DNA of 64,000 bases, from contig NC_042998.1 of assembly GCF_006345805.1 (NCBI RefSeq), positions 49,352,001-49,416,000 of the forward strand, written 5' to 3'. Position 1 is the first letter of the stretch, and the number at the start of each line of letters is the position of its first letter. Both the position numbers and the translations under genes were made by a program. Under the pieces are notes generated by a model, which was not told the origin of the DNA, searched no databases, and worked only from the letters and a program-made list of their open reading frames with translations. This document shows, in pieces, positions 38,716 to 48,988 of the stretch. This stretch comes from Octopus sinensis. Taxonomy: Eukaryota.

Positions 38716-39792
38716 GTATGTATATATATATATATACACACACACACATATGTATATATACGCCGTATGTAAACAAACAAGTTTGTTTTCGAAACGTTGA
38801 AATGTATTATAGAACAAGTAGAAAGATAAATTTTATTCAACGCATAGATACTGAATAGTATATATATAAAGGATAAAATCCTATTTTTCTTTTTAAAGCA
38901 GAAACATTTGTCGGCAGCCAGCCATGAGGATCGAACTCACATCTAAAGATTTATAGACACCCAGACATACACACAGACACACTCACACATCCACACACAC
39001 ACATACTTACACACACACTCGCAGGCGCGCGCACATACATGCACGTGCGCGTTCGCGCACGCATACATACATGCATGCTCCACGCCCGTGGGTTCCGACT
39101 AGATCTCGTGTTCGTATCTGGGGCCAGCGTGTTTCTTGGGTTTCTCTTATCCTGTCACCGCGGGAGCATTTTTCCATCTTTCCGTCAGTTGCAGTGTGTT
39201 TCCTTGCATGCTTATATATACACACACATATAATACCCCTACTTTTTGTACACACACGCACACACATACATACACTCACTCCCACGCACTTACACACACA
39301 CATTTGCATATATATATACAATACACTTACACACACTTCAAATTTACTTGCCATACATACAACTATGCACACGGACACACACACACTACAACTCAACACA
39401 CACACGGGACGTGCATACGCCCCCACACATTCCTTCCTTCCTCCTTTTACCACTGACCACTGACCTGCGACTGCTACGTCGACCACCTTTCGCCCTACGT
39501 ACACACACTTACACACAGACGCACGCACTAATATATACACATTTTTTTTATCTCGCACATCGTTACGGCCGCTGCCTGCTACCCGCCTTACACACACATA
39601 CACACACGCACACATACACACTCACATATACACATTCTTCTTCCATTTCACTTCCTTTTTTCCGCTCTCTTGTCTTTGAAAACCTGTCCCCGTTGTCTAA
39701 AACTTCCGGCCTTTCAGCATGTTTACTTCGTGAAAACCAGTCACGTTTTTTTCCCCTCCGTTCGCCCGCCTCGGGATCTTTCTTCCTCTTAT

Positions 39793-39827
39793 GTTTCCGA
39801 CGAAGAGCTCCGCTCGAAATGTCATAC
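39793..39827 (+). ncRNA. Degenerate minimal hammerhead-like motif in the element hosting the CR1
   Basis: GTTT-CCGACGA-A-GAGC(TCC)GCTC-GAAA-TG-TC-ATAC; same architecture as 3245-3280. Confidence 0.5.
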
Positions 39828-39855
39828 CCTCCTTCTTCCCTTTTTCCTGAGCGCC

Positions 39856-39892
<37 letters not shown>

Positions 39893-39941
39893 TGTGTACA
39901 GTGCTCAGGTGCACTACAACTCATCTAAAGTGTATATATAA

Positions 39942-42700
39942 TCAGGTGTAGTTTCGGCGGATTTCGGAAAGCATGAGGGCCTTAAAAGATGCAGTGTCAT
40001 GGCAGTCAACAACTGACGCAGGCAGTTTATTCCATGCTTCAGCAACTCTGAGCGTGAAAAAATGTTTCCGAAAGTCATGGGAGCTGTATTGTTTTCTGAC
40101 TTTGTAGGCATGTCCACGTGTGTTAGACACATGGAGATCAAAAAGGTGTTCAGTGTTGTTGTTGGTGAGGTGGTTGATAACTTTGTGGGTGTTACCAAGT
40201 CCGTCGCCAAACGCCGGAGCTTCAGTGATCCATGCCCAGGGAAACAAGGCGCTCAGAATATGGTAGGTGTCTGATGGAGGGTATGCGTTTGGTTGCACGT
40301 CTCTGGACAGATTCCAGGAGGTTAATGTTCTGTGCAAGATAGGGGTTCCAAACTGATGATGCGAATTCCAAGTGTGGTCGTACCATAACTGTATACAGTT
40401 TTAAATAGATGGCTGGAGAGCGGCTAACAAAAGACCTGCTGAGTGATGCCAAGACACCCTCGGCCTTCCTGACAATCTTAGAGATATGCTTTGACCAACG
40501 CAAATCACTGCTGACAGTGATGCCTAGGTCACGCTCGCAAGAGGATTTCTTGATATCAGTGTTGTGGAGGGAGTAAGTGAACGCAGGGTTTTTTCTCCCA
40601 AAATGCATGGTGGTACACTTGTCCACAGCCAGTTTCAGTTGCCAGTCTGTGATCCATTGCTGCATTGTGTCTAGGTCTGATTGCAGGAAAGAGTTGTAGA
40701 CATCAGGATCTGTCCTCTTGATTTCAAGGTACAGCTTGATGTCGTCTGCATATTTCAATACTGTGGCATTCTTTAAATTGGCATCTATGTCGTTAATGTA
40801 TGCCACAAACAAGAGGGGACCAAGGACAGATCCCTGTGGTACACCCGATGACATCTCATATGGTGTAGAGTGCTGTCCTAGAACTGTGACTACCTCCTTT
40901 CGGCTGAGGATGAAGGATTTCAACCAGTTAAAAAGGTCATCCCCCACACCCATTGCAGAGAGTTTCACACATAAGCCTTTTGTGTGGCACAGAGTTGAAA
41001 GCCTTAGCAAAGTCAAGGTAGACAACATCCACCCATGAGCCACTGTCAGTAATCTGAGTAATGTCCTCAAGGAACTCGACAAGCTGGTCACTGCAGCTGG
41101 AGTTAGGGACAAATCCATATTGTGAGGTCGGATGAGACTGTGAGAGCTCCAGAAGTTCCAGAGTGTTTCTCTGACACACGATTCCATCAGTTTTGCAATA
41201 CAGCTAGTGAGACTGACTGGGCGATAGTTGACAGGTGATGTGCGGTCGCCCTTTTTGAACAGAGGAATGACACTGGCAGTTTTCCACTGCTCCGGAGTAG
41301 CACCATTGTTGAGACAGTACTGGAAGAAAATAGAAAGCTGGTGTAAAAGGAAGTGCCTGCCACGTTTTGAGAAGCAGGTATGTAACTCCATCGAGACCAG
41401 GGGAGGCATAGTTGCGCTTATTTTGAAGGTGACGTCGCAGCATTGCAGGTGTAAATTCCATAGTTGTTATGGTTTTTGCTGTTAGTGATGGTGAAGATGG
41501 TACATTTTGACTTTCAACAGTGAATATGTTTGCATAGCACTCGGCAATGAGTTCTGCGCATTCCTTGGGGTCGTCAGTGATCTGTTTGTGTGAGGGTTGC
41601 GAAGAGGGCCCACTGGAGAGTGAGGTCTCTGCTTTGAGTGCACATATTTCCAGAAAACCTTGCTGTCAGGATTGGCTGCTATGCACTGTTCAAATTCAAG
41701 CACTGCTTTTTTTGTCACTTGCTTGAGATGGTTGGAGGATTTATTCCGCTTCTTCCTGTTGGTGTCTGATTTATGCAACCTGTATTCCCGTTCAGCAGTC
41801 CGACGTTCCCTCCTGGCAAGTCGGACCGCTGAAGTTTCCCAAATTGCCCTTTTGGGGCGGTTCTTCTTTTTTTGTTTACGTGGCACTGATGCTGCACATG
41901 CTGCCCATATTGAGTCCAGGATACTCTGGAGTATAGTATTCACATCTCCAGAGTTGTAGAATTCACACCAGTTGGGTGCTGTAGTTCAGTGTGGTACAGG
42001 TTCCAATCTGCTCTCTTCCAATCGAAGGAAGCAGATTGGAGATGGTTCAGGTTTTTGTTGCCCGCAAGAGCCAGATTGGCGATGATCATAGCATGATCAG
42101 AGTCACCTAGAGGTTCCTCCGTAGTGCAATTGATACCGCTTCAGGAGTTGTGGTGAAGAGCAGGTCCAAGGTGTTGTCGCCTCTTGTTGGAGAGGTGACT
42201 ACTTGTGACCAGTTTGAGTCCAGCACAAGCTCAACAAAATCGTTTGCACTCTGTGGCCAATGGAAGGTCTCCCAATCGATCTCAGGATGATTGAAATCGC
42301 CTGCAATAAACACATAAGTGGCTGTTTTCCTGGCAGCAGCTCGGAGGACATTGCATAGCTGTGTGTCCCGATGGTAACTTGGGGGACGATAAACAACGCC
42401 AAGCAGGTGTTGACATGGTCATACGCACGTCACAGAAAAAAACTTCTTCTTGTGATTCGTTCAAATCGGCACAAGGAATTACCAAAAAATTTGAACGAAC
42501 GTAGACCATCACACCACCACCACGGCGGTTAGTGCGGTCCTTACGGAAGAGGTTGTACCCCGTAATGTTGAAAACCCCATCACAAAGTAAGGAATGCGCC
42601 CATGTTTCCGTGACAGTGATGAAGTCAGGGTCAACTGACGTAGGCGTTGAACAAATGTATTTTGTTGCATAAACTGCGAGCATTTAAGGACAACAATTTG
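39942..42700 (-). CDS. CR1 ORF2: APE endonuclease + RT (several frameshifts)
   Basis: TETW, GDFNHP and LDLLF endonuclease motifs; YLDFAKAF, GVPQGSVLGPLLF and YADD RT motifs; C-terminal TRGH..K...FFTLRVAEAWNKLP typical of CR1. Confidence 0.9.
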
Positions 42701-42752
42701 TACCCTGCTCGCAGTTTATGATGGTGTGTAGAGGATGGCAGGTTGTTCTGGC

Positions 42753-43537
42753 TTAGTTTCCCTGAGTTGCTGTAGTCTTTTTAGTTATTGTGGGTAGAGA
42801 GCACTCAGACCAGCTGGTATCTCTCTTCCACGTTTCAGCAGTCTTGACAAATCTCCAGATTTGTCCATCTTCCCGAAGACTGAAGCTTTCCTGTAGAGCT
42901 GAGTTCCTATTCAGGGAAGCCACTACACGTAGCTTCGGACGTACATCGGACGGTAAGCCTGGGCGTGTTCGGAAGGTGGTCCGATTTTCCCGCCCAGCTT
43001 TAACTGAGGCCAGATGGTAAGAGGTTGCCTCAGTGGGGTCCGTAAAAGACAACTTGATGAGCCTAGGTTTTGGGCCAGGTCGTCCAAGGTGGATAGCACC
43101 CGTTGGGGGAACGCAGCCTAGGTCTTGGCTGAGTTGGCAGCAAAAGCCTGAAGATCAGCCATGTCTTCTGGTACCCCAATGGCAATGACTTCATGGGTGG
43201 CAGAATCCGCGGTCTTAAATGCGACAAGAGGTACAGGTACAGGGAGGTTCTTTAGCAGAGCATTCCGATAAGACCCTCATTGTGGAGTCCAACCTGAATG
43301 GTTGCTTTTATTCCTGCTACTTCCCCTTTTAAAGCACAGATCGATTGTTGCAGTTCTGCAAGAACCGCACTGGTCAATTGGGGTTGTTGTTGTTGCTGCT
43401 GTTGCTCTGGTTGTGGTTGATTTTGTTGTTGCTGTTGTTGTTGATGTTGTTGTTGCTGCTGCTTGGTTGTGGTTGATTTTGTTGTTGCTGCTTGCTCTGG
43501 TTGTGGTTGATTTTGTTGTGCTGCTGCTGCTGCTCTA

Positions 43538-43573
<36 letters not shown>

Positions 43574-43967
43574 CTGGTTTGTGTTGATTTTGTTGTTGCT
43601 GCTGTTGCTGTTCCGCCTCCTCCACGGGAGTGGCAGGGGGAGACACAATCGTCGGTTGTGGAGGCACGCAGGCCTGACACTGAAAAGTCCAAGATTTAAG
43701 CTGAACCATCTTCCAGAGTCTATCCATCATAGCATTATGATGGCTCTTTTTTTGGTCTGGGATCTTCTGAAAGTCCGTGGCACATTGGAGGCAGACAGAG
43801 ATGAGACATGTCCCACATTCGACCCAGCGATTACGGAACGTATTTTCGGGTTCCGTACAGATGTGGCAGGTGTGATTTTCTGGGCAGTGTTCTATTTTAG
43901 AGCAGCGACCAGTCTTATCGCACGCCGCTATGGATTTCACCATGGCGATTCTGTTGGTTCTGGTCAT
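42753..43967 (-). CDS. CR1 ORF1: N-terminal PHD-like finger, polyQ tract, coiled coil (frameshifted)
   Basis: CHIC...WVECGTC....CLQC...FQCQAC pattern; CAA/CAG repeats at 43384-43612. Confidence 0.7.
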
Positions 43968-44440
43968 CCGTAGAGACAGAAAATGTAAACAACAATACGA
44001 TAAAAGTAAATATAAAATATTTGTTTTGATTCGTTTTTTTTGTGTATATTCCTTGTTCTTAAATATTGTGTGTGTATATACACATGTTTCGTTCTTTTTT
44101 GTGTATATTCCTTTTTTTCTTAAATATTGCGTGTGTATACATAAAAGTATTTGTGCGTATAGACACGGAGAAAGTTTGTAAACAGAAATGAAATTTTTGA
44201 TTTTTTTGCAGTGTAGTCCGTCACATTAAATAGTGTGATTTATTTTCACTCTGCACGTATATACATGTGTGCTACAAGTATCTATGTATGTATGTATGTC
44301 ACTGCTTTATAAATTTTGGACGTACTTACTGTCGTTCAACGATTTCTTTTACCCTCAACTACACGTGGTGAATTCTAATAATAATACTTAATTGTTCCAC
44401 CTCCTTGTGTTGTTGTTTTTTCTGTTTCTCGTTTGGATTA

Positions 44441-44499
<59 letters not shown>

Positions 44500-44501
<2 letters not shown>

Positions 44502-44905
44502 GCTATAAATAAGGGTAAACGAAAAAAATTTCCAATCCCAAATATGTCGAAACTAGACATATTGTCCCTAACCATATAATTTATCACAATAAGCACGTTA
44601 CGCGAAAAAGATCGACAGAAATTTCTAAAAAATTCCGTTATTACCATTATCGGACCGACTCAGGGTTAGTTCATAAGAACCTTCCCTTCGTCAGAGATAA
44701 ATGCGGCAAAGAAATAAATGAAATGCTTACTCATACCCATGGGTATCGGTCCGATATGGTAATAACGGAATTTTTTAGAAATTTCTGTCGACCTTTTTCG
44801 AGTAACGTGCTTATTGTGATAAATTACATGGTTATGGACAATGTGTCTAGTTTCGGCATATTTGGCATTAGAAATTTTTTTCGTTTGCCCTTATTTATAA
44901 GCTGT
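44500..44905. repeat. Foldback/MITE-like inverted repeat (~160-bp arms, ~85-bp spacer) next to (TA)n
   Basis: 44503-44658 is the near reverse complement of 44746-44903; the ORF track shows mirrored peptides. Confidence 0.9.
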
Positions 44906-44933
44906 TTATAAATTTAACCTTTAAAGGTATTTT

Positions 44934-44993
44934 TAATATGCTGGCCATTGATAAAATTTTTTTCGAAAAATTTTATCAATGGCCAGCATATTA
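44934..44993. repeat. 60-bp near-perfect palindrome
   Basis: TAATATGCTGGCCATTGATAAAATTTTTTTC|GAAAAATTTTATCAATGGCCAGCATATTA. Confidence 0.9.
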
Positions 44994-44998
44994 TATAT

Positions 44999-45059
<61 letters not shown>

Positions 45060-45112
45060 CATACATACATACAACATACATACATACATACATATATATA
45101 TATAATATATAT

Positions 45113-45159
<47 letters not shown>

Positions 45160-45270
45160 TATATATAATAGAAAAGAGTGAAAAAACTACAGAAGGCTTG
45201 TTTTATAAGGTTAAAGAATATATTTAAGTCGTTATGTTATAAAATTTTGTGTATAGTAACATAGTTTTTG

Positions 45271-45309
45271 GAGAAATAACCGGTTTCGTGTAAACTTTTC
45301 AAATTTCTC
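45271..45309 (-). ncRNA. Minimal type I hammerhead ribozyme, U3-A8 variant, in the PLE 3' repeat
   Basis: GAGAAAU-UUGAAAA-GU(UUAC)AC-GAAA-CCGG-UU-AUUUCUC: 7-bp stem I, palindromic stem III. Confidence 0.7.
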
Positions 45310-45434
45310 AAATTTCTTTACCTACATCGTGTCATGTCTTCGTTATGTAGTGCAAATAAGAGTTCCAGGAAGGGGGAGGTAATTAGGCATTTCTTCCGGT
45401 ATAAGGGAGATAATTGCTTTATATATATATTTTT

Positions 45435-47700
45435 TCAATGAGATGAGTTTCTCTGTATAAGAATGTTAGGATGGTGAAGTTTAGGCTTATATTTTTCAAT
45501 GAAGAATGTTTCCTTGTTTAATCTAATTTGTGTTGGTGTTCCAATGGCACATTGATAGAATGGAAAGATTAAAAATTGTGGTAGTAGTTGCTTTGCGCAT
45601 TTCTCAATATGCTCACTAAAGGGTATCAATCTGTATTCTGGGAATGCAATCTGTTGTCGATGCAGAGTGCATCTTCGTCTGGGCGATAATCCTGTGGACC
45701 CTACGTAGTTTTGGTGGCAGCCCGAGCATCTTATGACAAATAATATTTTCAGAAGCACAAGTAAAATTAGATTTGATTTTGAATTTTTGTCCCTCTTTGA
45801 AAAGGAATTCTGATCCTTCTAGAAGGTTTGGGCATGTTGCGCAGTTTGGTCTACCACATTTTTTTACTTTTGCATCCGTAATTTCAGAAAACAATTTTGC
45901 CTTTGTGAGAATCTTTTTTAGTGATTTAGGTTGTTTGTAGCTTTTAATGATTTTATGCATGTTTAGAATTTCCTTTAATTTGGGGTCCTTATGAAGTATT
46001 GGTAAATTCTAGGTGATGATGGTGAAGGCTTACTTGTTTCTGGGGTGTATGTGGATATGTAAGGCAGTATTTTCGGGGAAGGTGTGTTGTTGTGTTGAAC
46101 TTTTCTCAAAGTTTCATTGTCGATTTCTGTTGCACGTCTGATCCCATCCTCTATGAGTTGAACTGGGTAGTGTCTGTCAATTAGGGTGTTTTTGAGTTCT
46201 TGTAGTCTAAAGTTCCTGGTATTTTGTTCTGACACTATTGTGCATATCCTTCTTGCAAGGTTGAAAGGGATGTTTGTTTTAGTGTGTCTTGGGTGGCATG
46301 AATCAAAAAGTAGGTATTGTTTGGCGTCTGTGGTTTTGTAAAATATGTCTGTTTCTATTTTTAGGTTAATTTTTTAAAACAGTATATCTAAGAATGGAAA
46401 CTCCTTTTGGTTGTACTCCATTGTGAACTGTATATTTGGGTTGACGCTGTTCAATAGGTTTTTGAATTTTAGGAGTTTATCTGTGTTTTCATTCCAGAGT
46501 ATAAAACAGTCGTCCAGGAATCTTTTCCAATTCTCTTTTATGTATTGAGAAAGGGGAGTTTCCAAAGGTCGATAAAGATTCCTGGTATATAATTATCTCC
46601 AGGTAGCCCATTGTTAGGTTCTCACTGACTGGTGCTGCCCTTGTACCCATAGCAATTCCGGATTTTTTACTGTAAAACGTATTGTCAAACATGAAGTGGT
46701 TATTTTGCATGATGAATTCAACCGATTTAGTAATGAATTCTTCACTGATCCTTTTTGGTATTTCTTCCAGAAATTGGTCCAGCCAGAACTGTATTGCCTC
46801 TAGTCCATAATTATGAGGTATACTGGTATATGAATTAACTACATCAAATGAAATCATGATTGTTTCTTCCTTGACTTTTTTTAGAAGGTGGTTTAACATA
46901 TCCAAGTCATCTCTGATATGACTATCGATGTGTTTAAGGAAGGGTTTCAGGAGGATGTCCACAAATAGACTTAATCTGTGTGTTTCACAGGCTGGGCCAG
47001 CTACAATTGGTCGTAGTTTTAGGTTCCCCGGGTTAGGTGTGTGTATGTATGTCTTTAGTGATTTTTTAATGGTTTCATTTATAATTTGGCTTTTGTGTAT
47101 TTTTGGCAGACCATAGAAGAGGCAAGGTTTGCATTTAAAGTTTGTTAGAAAGTCAATCTCTTTGGTTGTCAGTTCCTTTCCATGGGTTTTAATTAGTGAG
47201 GACAGAGTCTTCATTATTTTTTGCGGGGTGTAGTTGGTGATTTTTTCATCATGTTCATTGTCATCAAGCAAGGAAATTACTAGATTTCTATAGTATAATG
47301 TGTCCATTATTACAACTGCACTTCCTTTGTCTGCTTCCTTAATGGTTATATCTTCATAATTTTGAAGTTCTATCAGTTTCTTCCATCGTGCAGTGCTAAA
47401 ATTTGAGTTAACTGTCTGTTTATGTATAGTATGGTAGGGAAAGTTCTCAATGTGGTTGCAGAACTCGTCAAGATCTTTATTTCTTCCTCTGTGGGGGATG
47501 TGTTCACTATTATTTTAACTAGTGAGTCATATTCAGTATTGAAACTGTTGATGCTTCTGCTAGTCTTAATTTCCTGCAGAATTCTGTTATATTATCCTTG
47601 ACTTCATTTTGGTTGGCTCTGCGGGGAGTTGGTGTGAATTTGAGCCCTTTTGAGAGGATGTCTATTTTTATGTTAGAGAGAGGTTTGGCTGAAAGGTTGA
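45435..47700 (-). pseudogene. PLE ORF: RT + GIY-YIG endonuclease, frameshifted
   Basis: FYGLPKIHK, LRPIVA, SFDVVNSYTSIP, GIAMGT and RFLDDCF RT motifs; linker CGRPNCATC; IRCSGCHQNYVGST and downstream His residues of the PLE GIY-YIG domain. Confidence 0.92.
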
Positions 47701-47971
47701 TTATCTTTGGTTTTTCCTTATTACTAAGTTCACAAAATTTTATAACATTTTTCTAACATAACGACTTAAATATATTCTTTAACCTTATAAAACAAGTCTT
47801 CTGTAGTTTTTTCATTCTTTTCTATTTTTTATACGTCCAACAACGTGCTTTCACACACCAACTTTCTCACCTATATATATATATAATTTCCAGAATTCGA
47901 GAGAATCAGGTATTTGAATAGTGAAAGCACCAAGGTAGGGGCGGTGATAGCGTGACTCTGTACAAACAGTT

Positions 47972-48036
47972 AATGTATGTATGTATGTATGCATGTATGT
48001 ATGTATGTAGTATGTATATGTATGTATGTATATATG

Positions 48037-48120
<84 letters not shown>

Positions 48121-48198
48121 AGATAAATAAAAATATATGCATACATACAAACATATATGTACGTACCTACATCTACATGTATATATACATGCATATAT
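47972..48198. repeat. (TATG)n/(TA)n microsatellite block
   Basis: Directly visible; long pure TA run at ~48041-48118. Confidence 0.95.
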
Positions 48199-48199
48199 C

Positions 48200-48717
48200 A
48201 ATAATTATACGGGAGTACAGGACATCACAATAAGACGTAGAAACGGAAAAAGCCAAAAACAAAAAACAAGAAAACGGAAAACGAAAAACAATACAGGACG
48301 AGCTACACAAGACAAAAACCCCCGTCATCAGCTGTCGCTAGATGAGTCAGGCATGTTTCGAAGGCATAACAGAACACTAATCCAATAGGCCTTCCTGCGA
48401 GAGAATTAAAAAAAAATTCAAGCAGCGGGGCACAATGAGTACGAACACAGACAAGACTAACAATAAGACTGCAAAATTAAAATACATGTACAAAAACAAA
48501 CACAAGAGGACGAACGAAAAAGCCTTTTTTCTGGCATAGACAAACAATAAAACTGCAAAAATAAAAATACATGTACAAAAAGTACATTAGTTACAAAACG
48601 AGAAATAAAACAAGAATACTATACAGAAATCAACCACACAAGGGGACGAACGAAGAAGCCTTTTGCTGGCAAGGACGAAAGTGTAGTAGCAGCGCGTGGA
48701 GGCAGTCTTTTCAATAG
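48200..48717. repeat. Strand-skewed repeat-like segment forming the left flank (target) of the Tx1 array
   Basis: Internal duplications (ACAATAA.ACTGCAAAA..AAAATACATGTACAAAAA x2; CACAAG.GGACGAACGAA.AAGCCTTTT x2); abuts (TA)n; ends in TCTTTTCAATAG. Confidence 0.5.
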
Positions 48718-48988
48718 TGGTATTTCTTTATTATGATTATATAATCACACTAGAAGGACAAATACAGGACATACATACAAAAAAACAAAAAAAAACAAAC
48801 AAAAAACAAAACATTTAAGAGATTCGTTTTAAAAATTTTCGTTTACATTTGAATTATTCGTTTATAAAAATAAAAATAAATGTCTTTTATATTACCTAGT
48901 AGAACACACCACAGTACATAACTGGAGCTTCTGCACCCCGGCAATTTATGAGGCCCTGCAGCTTCCACTTCCTCTCTCTCCTCCATGG

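Larger units (their letters stand above)
39867..44374 (-). mobile_element. Full-length CR1-type LINE
   Basis: (ATT)n 3' tail at ~39857-39892, very short 3' UTR, two ORFs. Candidate TSD CTAATAATAATA at 39855-39866 and 44375-44386. Confidence 0.85.
45168..47825 (-). mobile_element. Penelope-like retroelement (Neptune-like) with inverted terminal repeat
   Basis: 45168-45251 recurs inverted at 47731-47825; flanked by (TA)n. Confidence 0.9.

Noticed and set aside
38915-38960. tRNA gene on - (GTGAGTTCGATCCTCAT T-arm)
   Set aside because: Only a 3' half-like fragment, with no D-arm or acceptor stem. The other tRNA-like hits in the window are SINE heads.
39007-39941. ORFs of 204-231 aa rich in C/V or H/T
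   Set aside because: Translations of degenerate (CA)n/(TG)n sequence.
48320-48400. Possible permuted (type II) hammerhead on - (CCTTCGAAACATG...CAGCTGATGA)
   Set aside because: Core pieces are present, but I could not build a valid NUH site together with stem I.
48658-48717. Resemblance of the Tx1 flank (GCCTTTTGCTGGCAAGGACGAAAGTGTAGTA) to the U2 snRNA 5' end, the target of Keno/Utopia elements
   Set aside because: Only AAGTGTAGTA and GCCTTTT match, with gaps. The orientation is opposite to the element, the insertion is ~30 nt from the known site, and no other U2 sequence is present.
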